64,000 nucleotides of DNA from an uncultured Gemmatimonadaceae bacterium (GCA_964574295.1 CAZNLY010000002.1:39458-103457), one strand, 5' to 3'. Shown: positions 37,472 through 45,285, counted from the first letter of the stretch. Translations and numbers: made by a program. Notes: generated by a model from the letters alone, not told the origin.

Positions 37472-37492
37472 CCCGTTGTGCGGGGGAGTGGC

Positions 37493-38509
37493 TCAGGTCC
37501 GGGCGGCCGGTGCCGGCGGAGCCGGCGCTGCCGCCGGGGCCGGGGTCGGCGCGGCGGGGATGGCCGCACTCGGCGGGGCCACCCGCACCTTTACCCGCGG
37601 CGCCGCGCCAGGAGTCGCCGGTACCGGTGGCGCGATCGGCACGCCACTCCGCCACCGGAGGTTGTCTGGCCCGCGCATCCGCACCCGCGTGGCCGGCACC
37701 GTCCAGGAGAGGGTCATCTTCTTCTTGAGGCGCATGATCTCGATCTTGGCGACGTCGCCGCTGTCATAGCTGGCGAAGATCCGGCGCGCCTGCCCCACGT
37801 CGGCGGGTGCGCGGCCGTCGATCGCGAGGATCACGTCCCCCGCCTTGAGGGGCAGCGTCGAGTCGGCCGGGGCGTCGAGGACAAGCACCCCCTTCGCGGT
37901 GCCGAAGTACTCTCCCAGTCCGGCGTTCATGTCGGCCAGCTCGAGGCCCATCGGCCCGCCGTCGAAGGCGACCCGGAACTGGCGCGGCATGTCGCCCATG
38001 CTCCGTTCGAAGTCCAGCATGGCCATCCCGCGCGCCGCCTCGGCGTCGGGAATGGTGACCATGCCGGCCCGGCCGGGCCCGCCGCCCCAGGCAAAGGTGG
38101 CCCCGCCGAGGTCCGCCGCCACGATGGTGGCGCTGCGGGACGCGGAGCCGCGGCGGTAGTCCACCTTGACCGTGTCGCCGGGCGAGAGCGCCTGGGCCAG
38201 CTCCACCAGTTTCCGCCCGGGGCCGGAGACCCCTGCCTCACCGGCACTGGCGTCGGCCAGGGAGATGCCGTTGAATCGGGTGATGATGTCGCCACCCTGG
38301 AGGCCCGCCTTGGCGGCCGGGCCGTCGGGAGTGACCGACTGGACGGTGGCGCCCAGCTTGTTGTTGGCGGCGGAGGCGTTCATGTCGACCGTAACGCCGA
38401 TCCGGGGTCGCCCGCCGGCGAAGACGATCACATCGTCGTTCTGGGCCCGGGCGGCACCCGGGAGGGCGGCCAGGGCGGCCAGGGCAAGGGGAAGGAAGGG
38501 ACGTCGCAT
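37493..38509 (-). CDS. Secreted protein with two PDZ domains and a Pro-rich tail
   Basis: Starts at an internal ATG with signal peptide MRRPFLPLALAALAALPGAARA. Two PDZ-like units (GATVQSVTPDGPAAKAGLQGGDIITRFNG; GVLVLDAPADSTLPLKAGDVILAIDG). No protease domain. Confidence 0.8.
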   Translation of the reverse strand: MRRPFLPLALAALAALPGAARAQNDDVIVFAGGRPRIGVTVDMNASAANNKLGATVQSVTPDGPAAKAGLQGGDIITRFNGISLADASAGEAGVSGPGRKLVELAQALSPGDTVKVDYRRGSASRSATIVAADLGGATFAWGGGPGRAGMVTIPDAEAARGMAMLDFERSMGDMPRQFRVAFDGGPMGLELADMNAGLGEYFGTAKGVLVLDAPADSTLPLKAGDVILAIDGRAPADVGQARRIFASYDSGDVAKIEIMRLKKKMTLSWTVPATRVRMRGPDNLRWRSGVPIAPPVPATPGAAPRVKVRVAPPSAAIPAAPTPAPAAAPAPPAPAART

Positions 38510-38634
38510 CGGCGGGTCTCCCGCAAAGGGTGAGTGGTGTCGGGGGAGTAGATGCGGCGGGGGGCGGAAGCGTCGCGGCGGGCCTCGCCCCGTCTCGGCT
38601 GGCCAAGATAGCATGGCTTGCCATTTCAGCTCAT

Positions 38635-38666
38635 ATATTGTACGTTTCGTACTAATCGTACAATAT
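38635..38666 (+). promoter_or_regulatory. Perfect 10-bp inverted repeat (candidate antitoxin operator) in an AT-rich promoter region
   Basis: ATATTGTACG-tttcgtactaat-CGTACAATAT, with an extra internal CGTAC copy. It contains a TACAAT -10-like hexamer. AGGAG lies 9 nt before the ATG at 38682. Confidence 0.5.
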
Positions 38667-38681
38667 TAGGAGATCGATTGC

Positions 38682-38870
38682 ATGGAGCGTTCAACGCTGC
38701 CGGTGTCCATGGCCCGGAGCAATTTCTCCGACCTCCTCAACGAGGTCCTGGTCTATGGCGAACGAATCGTCCTCGAGCGCCACGGGAAGGCGGTGGCGGC
38801 ACTCGTTCCGGTGGCCGACCTCGAGGCCTTGGAGGCCATGGACGGGAGCCCCGGGTCCGGAAGGGCCTGA
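38682..38870 (+). CDS. Phd/YefM family antitoxin-like protein (no adjacent toxin)
   Basis: MERSTLPVSMARSNFSDLLNEVLVYGERIVLERHGKAVAALVPVADLEALE matches the Phd/YefM N-terminal fold pattern. Good SD. Confidence 0.8.
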   Translation: MERSTLPVSMARSNFSDLLNEVLVYGERIVLERHGKAVAALVPVADLEALEAMDGSPGSGRA

Positions 38871-38879
38871 AAAGAAGAC

Positions 38880-38902
38880 GCCCAGGGCTATTCACCCTGG
38901 GC
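38880..38902. terminator. Hairpin between the antitoxin gene and the tRNA-Gln 3' end
   Basis: GCCCAGGG-ctattca-CCCTGGGC. Confidence 0.45.
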
Positions 38903-38904
38903 AT

Positions 38905-38976
38905 TGCCCCGCCTGGGATCGAACCAGGACTCTCCTGATCCAGAGTCAGGCGTGTTGCCAGTTACACCACGGGGCA
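38905..38976 (-). tRNA. tRNA-Gln (anticodon CTG)
   Basis: The reverse complement folds as a cloverleaf: TGCCCCG acceptor, anticodon stem CCTGA/TCAGG with loop CT-CTG-GA, and T-arm GGTTCGATCC. CCA is not encoded. Confidence 0.9.
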
Positions 38977-38985
38977 GCAAGAATG

Positions 38986-39058
38986 TGGAGCTGAGGGGGA
39001 TCGAACCCCTGACCTCTGCAGTGCGATTGCAGCGCTCTCCCAGCTGAGCTACAGCCCC
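38986..39058 (-). tRNA. tRNA-Ala (anticodon CGC)
   Basis: The reverse complement is GGGGCTGTAGCTCAGCTGGGAGAGCGCTGCAATCGCACTGCAGAGGTCAGGGGTTCGATCCCCCTCAGCTCCA. It has the G3:U70 Ala identity pair and anticodon loop AT-CGC-AC. Confidence 0.9.
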
Positions 39059-39071
39059 CAGCAGCCGGGGT

Positions 39072-39100
39072 AAAGTAGCGGGACGGCCGGGGAGCGTCAA
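39072..39100 (-). promoter_or_regulatory. Sigma70-like promoter for the tRNA-Ala/tRNA-Gln pair
   Basis: On the minus strand, TTGACG-N17-TACTTT ends about 13 nt before the tRNA-Ala 5' end. Confidence 0.45.
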
Positions 39101-39150
39101 CGAGAACCAACGTTTCGAGGCTCGTTCCGGGCCCCGACAGGCACCCCATC

Positions 39151-40626
39151 GTGACCCAGTCCCGCCAGTCTCCTCCCCACGACGCCAGGCTCCACCCCCT
39201 GGCAAGCCACCGCCCCGTCCCGGGCGAGTTTGTCCTCTACTGGATCCAGGCCACCCTCCGCTCCCGGCACAACCCCGCCCTCAACTGGGCCGCCGAGCGG
39301 GCCAACGATCTGGGCCTCATACTGGCGGTGTACCACGGGCTGCGCCCCGACTACCCGTGGGCGAGCGACCGCTTCCACACCTTCATCCTCGAGTCCGCCG
39401 CCGACCTGGCCGCCGACTTCCGCCGCCGCGACATCCCCTACGGATTCCACCTCGAGCGGCGGCGCCCCGAGCCCGGCGCCATCTCTCCGCTCCTCGCGCT
39501 CGCCCGGCGCGCCGCAGTGGTGGTGACCGACTACCTCCCCACCTTCATCGTCCCGGGGCAGGCGCGCCGGCTGCAGGCGCGCATCGCGGCGCCGGTGGTG
39601 GCCGTCGACTCCGCGACGATCGTGCCGATGGCCACCATCAGCCGCGCGCACAGCACCGCGCGAGGCTTCCGGACCGAGGTGCTCGCGGCGCTCCCCCACC
39701 ACCTTCACCCGGTCGGCGAGGTCGAACCGCGCATTCGGCGCCGGGTCGAGTTTCCCTTTGACTCCCCCCTCGGGACGTCATCGCCGGCGGCGCTCGCGGC
39801 GGAATGCGACATCGACCACGGGGTGGGCCCCGCCCCGGAAATCCGGGGAGGCCAGCTGGCCGCAAGGGCACGGCTCGACGCCTTCCTCGCCACCGGTCTC
39901 GCGCGGTACGCGGAGGATCGCGGGGATCCAAACCGGCCCGAGGCCACCAGCGGACTGTCGCCCTACCTGCACTTCGGGAACATCAGCCCCCAGGAGGTGC
40001 TGCTCCGGGCGCGGGAGGTGGCCCCGCCCGGCCAGTTCGCCTCCTTCCAGGACGAACTCCTTGTCTGGCGCGAGTTGGCCCACAACTTCTGCCACCACGA
40101 TCCCCGGCACCGCACCCTCGAGGCCACGCCGCCGTGGGCGCGAACGGAGCTCGCGGACCACGAGGCGGACCCGCGGCCCGCGCAGTACTCGCTGGAGGAG
40201 CTGGAGCAGGGGCAGACGGCAAGTCCGCTCTGGAATGCCGCGCAGCGCTGTTACGTGCGGGACGGCTCGATGCCCAACTACCTGCGCATGCTCTGGGGAA
40301 AGGCAATCCTGCACTGGAGCCCCGACGCGGCCACCGCGCTCCGGGCCATGGAGCACCTGAACAACAAGTACGCCCTCGACGGGCGCGACCCCAACAGCTA
40401 CGCGAGTTTCCAGTGGATCCTGGGCAAGTTCGACCGCCCCTTCTACCGGCGGCCGGTGTTCGGCACGGTGCGCTACATGTCGCTGGAGGCTGCCCGGAAG
40501 AAGTTCGACGTGCCGCGGTGGCTCGCGGGCCAGGCGGCGCGCGAGGCCGCCCTCACCGAGGCGGGGACGCCTCGAGGCGGGCGAGCTGCCGGTCGTGGAC
40601 CCGGGAAAGGAGGAGGAGGGACGTGA
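39151..40626 (+). CDS. phr: Deoxyribodipyrimidine photolyase, class II type
   Basis: GTG start. Class II-type motifs (FVLYWIQATLRSRHNPALNWA; SGLSPYLHFGNIS; MPNYLRMLWGKAILHWS; FDRPFYRRPVFGTVRYMS). Confidence 0.9.
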   Translation: MTQSRQSPPHDARLHPLASHRPVPGEFVLYWIQATLRSRHNPALNWAAERANDLGLILAVYHGLRPDYPWASDRFHTFILESAADLAADFRRRDIPYGFHLERRRPEPGAISPLLALARRAAVVVTDYLPTFIVPGQARRLQARIAAPVVAVDSATIVPMATISRAHSTARGFRTEVLAALPHHLHPVGEVEPRIRRRVEFPFDSPLGTSSPAALAAECDIDHGVGPAPEIRGGQLAARARLDAFLATGLARYAEDRGDPNRPEATSGLSPYLHFGNISPQEVLLRAREVAPPGQFASFQDELLVWRELAHNFCHHDPRHRTLEATPPWARTELADHEADPRPAQYSLEELEQGQTASPLWNAAQRCYVRDGSMPNYLRMLWGKAILHWSPDAATALRAMEHLNNKYALDGRDPNSYASFQWILGKFDRPFYRRPVFGTVRYMSLEAARKKFDVPRWLAGQAAREAALTEAGTPRGGRAAGRGPGKGGGGT

Positions 40627-41182
40627 CGGACCCGACCAGCGCGAGGAACATGTCCCACTGGGTGTCCCAGACATCGCCCTGGGTGCCGAGGAAGGCGGTG
40701 GAGGCGTCGCCGGTGGAGACGGCCGTCCACCACTCGATCAACTCGTAGAAGGCGCTGAACGCCAGGCAGAAGGCCACCACCACGAACGGCAGCCACCGGC
40801 TGCCCCGCAGCGGCGAGGTGCGCACCAACAGTTCCCGCGCCAGGATGGCCGGCACGAACCCCTGGGCCAGGTGCCCCAGGCGGTCGTAGTGGTTGCGCGC
40901 CAGGCCGAGGGCGTCACGCACCCAGAAGCCGGCGGGCACCTCGGCGTAGGTGTACTTCCCGCCGACCATCAGGATGCAGGCGTGGACCGCGAGCAGCGTG
41001 TACAGCAGCGGCGTGAGGGGAAACCGGCGGTGGGTGGCCAGGAGCATCGGCAGCCCGATCAGCACCGGCGCCACCTCGAGCACCCAGGTGAAGCGGTCGT
41101 GCGGCGCCACGCCCGACCACACCAGCACCCCGAGCACCGCCACCAGCAGCACGACCGGGAGCCGGCTCCCCCCCGCGCTCAT
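40553..41182 (-). CDS. DUF2238 (YjdF-like) membrane protein
   Basis: PHDRFTWVLEVAPVLIGLPMLLATHRRFPLTPLLY..NHYDRLGHLAQGFVPA is typical of the family. ATGA overlap with the rnz stop. Confidence 0.85.
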   Translation of the reverse strand: MSAGGSRLPVVLLVAVLGVLVWSGVAPHDRFTWVLEVAPVLIGLPMLLATHRRFPLTPLLYTLLAVHACILMVGGKYTYAEVPAGFWVRDALGLARNHYDRLGHLAQGFVPAILARELLVRTSPLRGSRWLPFVVVAFCLAFSAFYELIEWWTAVSTGDASTAFLGTQGDVWDTQWDMFLALVGSVTSLLLLSRVHDRQLARLEASPPR

Positions 41183-42111
41183 CGGCCCTCCCCCCCGTCG
41201 GCAAACGGCACGTCGAGCGTGAGGCCGTCCCGCGCCACCTGCGTCTCGGGAAAGACCGCCTGCGCCTCCGCGAGGAGCTCCGGCGCCTCCCGGCTGTAGC
41301 GCGCGGACACATGCGTCAGCACGAGGCGCCGCACCCCGGCGTCCCGCGCCACCCCCGCCGCCTCGGCGGCGGTGCTGTGCCCCGTCTGGACCGCCTTGTC
41401 GGCCTCGTCGGACTGGAAGGTGGCCTCGTGCACCAGGAGGTCGGCCCCCCGCGCCAGGGCCACCACCGCGGCACAGGGCCGGGTGTCGCCGGAGATGACC
41501 ACCCGGCGCCCCGGGCGTGGAGGGCCCACGAGGTCAGCGGGCCCGATCCGGCGGCCGTCGGGCAGCGCCACGGTCTCGCCGCGGTGGAGCTTCCCCCAGA
41601 GGGGGCCCTCCGGCACGCCGAGCTCCCGCACACGCTCCGGGTGGAAGCGGCCAAGCCGATCATGCTCCACCAGGGCGTACGCCAGCGCCTGGGTTCGGTG
41701 GTCGGCCTCCGCCGCCACGATCTCGTACTCCCCGCGCTCCACCCGGTCGCCGCCGGCCAGCTCCTCGATCACGACGTCGAACTTGGTCCGCTCGATGCCC
41801 ACCGACAGCGCCTGCTCGAGGAGCCGCTTGCCGCCCCGCGGCCCGAAGAGACGGAGCGGCTCCGAGCGCTCCTGCATGCCGAGGGTGCGCACGAGGCCCG
41901 TGAGGCCGAGGAGGTGATCGGAGTGGAAATGGGTGAAGAAGATGTCGCGGAGCGCGAAGCTGACTCCGTAGCGCATCATCTGCCGCTGCGTGCCCTCGCC
42001 GCAGTCGAACAGCAGCGTCTCGCCCTCGCGCGCCACGGCGAGGGCGGCCACGTTGCGGTCGAGGGAGGGAATCGCCGCGCCGGTCCCGAGGAAGGTCAGG
42101 GTGAGCGGCAT
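41179..42111 (-). CDS. rnz: Ribonuclease Z
   Basis: MPLTLTFLGTGAAIPS.., metallo-beta-lactamase motif HFHSDHLLGL, and a C-terminal LVLTHVSARY. Confidence 0.9.
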   Translation of the reverse strand: MPLTLTFLGTGAAIPSLDRNVAALAVAREGETLLFDCGEGTQRQMMRYGVSFALRDIFFTHFHSDHLLGLTGLVRTLGMQERSEPLRLFGPRGGKRLLEQALSVGIERTKFDVVIEELAGGDRVERGEYEIVAAEADHRTQALAYALVEHDRLGRFHPERVRELGVPEGPLWGKLHRGETVALPDGRRIGPADLVGPPRPGRRVVISGDTRPCAAVVALARGADLLVHEATFQSDEADKAVQTGHSTAAEAAGVARDAGVRRLVLTHVSARYSREAPELLAEAQAVFPETQVARDGLTLDVPFADGGEGR

Positions 42112-42995
42112 CAGAACATCTTCACCTGGACCGTCAGTTTCCCCGGCTTGGCCTGCACCGAGTCCAGGAGCGCCTGCATCGACTTGAGGGTGGCCTGCAG
42201 CTGGTCGTAGAGGGCGGGGTTGGTGGCCACCTGTCCGAGGGTCCCCTTCCCCTCGTTGATGTTGCGGACCAGCGTGTCCATCCGGGCCGTGGTGGTGGTG
42301 AGCTGCGTGGTCAGCGCGTCGAGGCCCGCGGTGGCGCTGTCCATGTGCTCGAAGGTGCGCGTGAGCGACGGGTTGGCCAGCACCGAGTCGAGCCGGGCGC
42401 TCACCGATTGGAGCGACACCATCAGCCGGGTCATCTCCGCCGTCGGCCCGCTCCGGGTGTCGCCGTAGACGTCGAGCATCCGCTGCATCGACTTGAGGGT
42501 GGCGTGGAGGTCATCGGCCAGCCGCTGGTTCACCACCGACTGCACCCCGGTCATCACCGCGCTGGCCTGGTCCCCCAGCCGGTCCACCAGCCCGCCGACC
42601 CCCGGCGCCATGGTGCCCTGCAGGACGGCGCCGAGGGGGAGCGGCACGGAATCGGTGCCCGGGTGGAGCACGATCTCCACGTCGCCGAGGACGCCGACGG
42701 CCTCGATGCTCGCCGCGGCGTCGCGCTTGAGCTCCACTGGGTGCGTGAGCGCCAGGTTGACCCGCACCTGCCCCACCGACTCGAAGAGGATCCGGTCCAC
42801 CTTGCCCACCTGCACGCCCGACACCTTGACCGGCGAACTCGACTTGAGGTTGCCGATGTCCGCGAACTGGACGGGCACGATGTTCCGGCGGCCGAAGCTC
42901 CGACCGCCCAGCCACATCGTGCCGGCCAGGAACACGGCGGCGCCGGCCAGGACGAGGGCGCCGACGGCGGCTTCCCGCTTGTAGTGGAGGTCCAT
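42111..42995 (-). CDS. mlaD: MlaD/MCE family substrate-binding protein
   Basis: N-terminal TM anchor and MCE domain (VQFADIGNLKSSSPVKVSGVQVGKVDRI), followed by a helical C-terminus. Confidence 0.85.
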   Translation of the reverse strand: MDLHYKREAAVGALVLAGAAVFLAGTMWLGGRSFGRRNIVPVQFADIGNLKSSSPVKVSGVQVGKVDRILFESVGQVRVNLALTHPVELKRDAAASIEAVGVLGDVEIVLHPGTDSVPLPLGAVLQGTMAPGVGGLVDRLGDQASAVMTGVQSVVNQRLADDLHATLKSMQRMLDVYGDTRSGPTAEMTRLMVSLQSVSARLDSVLANPSLTRTFEHMDSATAGLDALTTQLTTTTARMDTLVRNINEGKGTLGQVATNPALYDQLQATLKSMQALLDSVQAKPGKLTVQVKMF

Positions 42996-43001
42996 GGGGC
43001 C

Positions 43002-43754
43002 TCAGGCCGCGAAGGAGTGTGAGTCGAAGTCCCGCTCGAGGAACGCCTTGATCCGCGGGTCGGCGGAGGCCAGGAATTCCTTGGGGGTGCCCTGCAACAC
43101 GATCGCGCCGCCGCTCAGGAGCGCCACGCGGTCGGACACCCGGAACGCACCCCGCACGTCGTGCGTCACCATCACCCCGGTCACCCCCAGCGTATCGGCG
43201 AGCGACTTGACGAGGTTGTCGATGATGTCGGCGTTCACCGGGTCGAGCCCGGAGGTGGGCTCGTCGTACAGGAGGTACTTGGGCTTTCCGGCGATGGCGC
43301 GGGCGATGCCAACCCGCTTGCGCATCCCGCCCGAGAGCTCCGCCGGGTACTTCTCGGCCACCTCCGGCGCGAGGTTGACCAGCGCCAGGCATTCCGGCAC
43401 GCGGCGGGCGCAGTAGTCCTGGTCGCGGTTGAGGGCATCGTCGGTGATCCCGAGGCGGATGTTCTCGAAGACGTTCATCGAGTCGAACAGCGCCCCGTTC
43501 TGGAACACGTAGCCGATGGTGCTCCGCAGCGCCGCAAGCGACTTCCGGTCGAGGGTGGAGACATTGAGGCCGTCCACCAGCACGGTCCCGGCGTCGGGCC
43601 GGATCAGGCCGATGATGTGCTTGAGCAGGACGCTCTTGCCGGTGCCGGAGGGGCCGAGGAGCGCCACCGTCTCGCCCTCGTTGACGGTGAAATTCACCCC
43701 GTCGAGGATGACCTGCTGGCCGAAGCGCTTGTGGACGTTGCGGAGCTCGATCAT
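43002..43754 (-). CDS. mlaF: ABC transporter ATP-binding protein (MlaF-like)
   Basis: Starts at an internal ATG. Walker A GPSGTGKS, signature LSGGMRKRV, Walker B LLYDEPTSGLD. Confidence 0.9.
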   Translation of the reverse strand: MIELRNVHKRFGQQVILDGVNFTVNEGETVALLGPSGTGKSVLLKHIIGLIRPDAGTVLVDGLNVSTLDRKSLAALRSTIGYVFQNGALFDSMNVFENIRLGITDDALNRDQDYCARRVPECLALVNLAPEVAEKYPAELSGGMRKRVGIARAIAGKPKYLLYDEPTSGLDPVNADIIDNLVKSLADTLGVTGVMVTHDVRGAFRVSDRVALLSGGAIVLQGTPKEFLASADPRIKAFLERDFDSHSFAA

Positions 43755-44548
43755 GCGTGCAGCAGGAGCCGCGCGAGCAGCGTGTCGAGGAGGAGGATCG
43801 TGACCGAGGTGGCGACGACCGCGGTGGTGGTGGCCTTGCCCACGCCCTCCGCGCCCTGCTGGGCGTTGAAGCCCATGTAGCAGGGAATGAGGGTGATGGC
43901 CCCCGCGAAGAAGAACGCCTTGATGATCGAGTACCAGGCGTCGAACGGGCGCCAGTAGTACTGCGCCCCGTAGGTGAAGTCGGCGTTGCCGATCGGGAGC
44001 ACCTGCTTGGCCGACCACCACCCCGCCAGGATCCCGATCGCATTCGCGAACACCGTGAGCACCGGGATCATGACGAATCCGGCCAGCACCCGCGGGATGA
44101 TCAGGTGCGACGCCGGCGACCGGCCGAGGCTCTCGAGGGCGTCGATCTGCTCGGTCACGCGCATGGTGCCGAGTTCCGCGGCATAGCGCGCGCCGATGCG
44201 CCCGGCCAGCACCAGGGCGGTGAGGACCGGCCCGAGCTCGAGCACGATCGACTCCACCACCAGCGTGCCGACGACGTAGTAGGGAAGGTTGCCCTGGAAC
44301 TGGTAGCCGGTCTGGAGGGCGGTGACGGCGCCCGCAAAGGAGCTGACCAACAGGACGATGAAGAGGCTGCCGACCCCGATGTTGCGCGCCTCGTCGAGCG
44401 TGCGCGGCAGCCAGGTGCGCCACTCGCTGAGCGCCCGCGCCAGCTCCGCCGCCAGCAGGCTGAAGCGGCCGATGTGCGCCAGGGAGCCGATGACCGTGCG
44501 GCCCACGGCGCGCGGAATGCCGAGCACGGCGGTCTGCGCGGTCTGCAT
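43751..44548 (-). CDS. mlaE: ABC transporter permease (MlaE-like)
   Basis: MlaE-type permease core (GVGSLFIVLLVSSFAGAVTALQTGYQF..RVTEQIDALE). Starts at an internal ATG. ATGA overlap with the mlaF start. Confidence 0.9.
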   Translation of the reverse strand: MQTAQTAVLGIPRAVGRTVIGSLAHIGRFSLLAAELARALSEWRTWLPRTLDEARNIGVGSLFIVLLVSSFAGAVTALQTGYQFQGNLPYYVVGTLVVESIVLELGPVLTALVLAGRIGARYAAELGTMRVTEQIDALESLGRSPASHLIIPRVLAGFVMIPVLTVFANAIGILAGWWSAKQVLPIGNADFTYGAQYYWRPFDAWYSIIKAFFFAGAITLIPCYMGFNAQQGAEGVGKATTTAVVATSVTILLLDTLLARLLLHA

Positions 44549-44568
44549 CGCTATTATCTTGGGCCTCC

Positions 44569-45243
44569 ATGCCCGTGAAGTCCACCCCGACACCCACGGC
44601 CCGCGTGCGCGAGTTCCGCCGCCGGCTCCTGCGCTGGTTCCGCCGGCACGGGCGCGACCTCCCCTGGCGGCGCACCCGCGATCCCTACGCCGTGCTCGTC
44701 TCCGAGGTCATGCTGCAGCAGACCCAGGTGGCGCGGGTCGCCGAGTACTGGCCCCGCTTCCTGGCGCGCTACCCGACGGTGGCGGCGCTGGCCGCCGCGC
44801 GGCCCGCGGCCGTGCGGGAGAGCTGGGACGGGCTGGGCTACTATCGGCGCGCCGAAAACCTCCACCGGCTCGCGCGGCTGGTGCACGCCCGCGACGGCGG
44901 GCGGCTCCCAGAGGATCCAGTCGCGCTGCGGCAGCTGCCGGGCGTCGGCCGCTACACCGCCGGCGCGGTGGCAAGCTTTGCGTTCGAGCGGGCCGAACCC
45001 GCGGTGGACACCAACGTGGCGCGCGTCCTCAGGCGGGCCTTCCACCCGCGCGCCCGAGGCGCCGCGGGCGAGCGGCGGCTCTGGCAGGCGGCAGCCAATC
45101 TTCACACCCGCCACGGTGCCGGGGCGTGGGCGCTGAACCAGGCCCTCATGGAACTCGGCGCCCTGGTCTGCACGGCACGCGTGGCCCGGTGCACCGCCTG
45201 CCCCGTCCGCCCGCTGTGCACAACCGGCCGGGTCCGCAGGTAG
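44569..45243 (+). CDS. mutY: A/G-specific adenine glycosylase catalytic domain only (short MutY-like HhH-GPD protein)
   Basis: LPWRRTRDPYAVLVSEVMLQQTQV.., WDGLGYYRRAENLHRLA, and a 4Fe-4S loop C-X6-C-X2-C-X5-C (CTARVARCTACPVRPLC). It ends 7 residues after the last Cys. Confidence 0.85.
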   Translation: MPVKSTPTPTARVREFRRRLLRWFRRHGRDLPWRRTRDPYAVLVSEVMLQQTQVARVAEYWPRFLARYPTVAALAAARPAAVRESWDGLGYYRRAENLHRLARLVHARDGGRLPEDPVALRQLPGVGRYTAGAVASFAFERAEPAVDTNVARVLRRAFHPRARGAAGERRLWQAAANLHTRHGAGAWALNQALMELGALVCTARVARCTACPVRPLCTTGRVRR

Positions 45244-45285
45244 GGGCGCGAGGTCCTTCCGCCCCTGCCTGGGCCCACCCCGCCC

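Noticed and set aside
38618-38994. A possible toxin partner for the Phd/YefM antitoxin (track ORFs 38618..38938 and 38755..38994).
   Set aside because: Both overlap the antitoxin in other frames and run into the tRNA-Gln gene. They are Arg/Pro/Gly-rich and show no similarity to Doc, YoeB, ParE or RelE-type folds.
38500-39150. An integrated mobile element at the tRNA-Gln/tRNA-Ala locus, with att repeats and an integrase.
   Set aside because: No integrase or recombinase gene is present. I found no direct repeat of either tRNA 3' end in the flanking sequence. Only a short AT-rich patch around the antitoxin promoter differs in composition.
44549-44568. A second back-to-back leaderless arrangement between mlaE and mutY (20-nt spacer CGCTATTATCTTGGGCCTCC).
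   Set aside because: TATTAT is a good -10 for mutY, but it would leave a short leader rather than none. On the other strand, GATAAT lies only 4 nt from the mlaE ATG, which does not fit leaderless geometry. This is suggestive but weaker than the nadE/crcB case.
45244-45285. A frameshifted or split C-terminal domain of MutY downstream of its stop.
   Set aside because: Only 42 nt separate the stop from the convergent aminotransferase gene, so there is no coding capacity for the approximately 120-aa domain.
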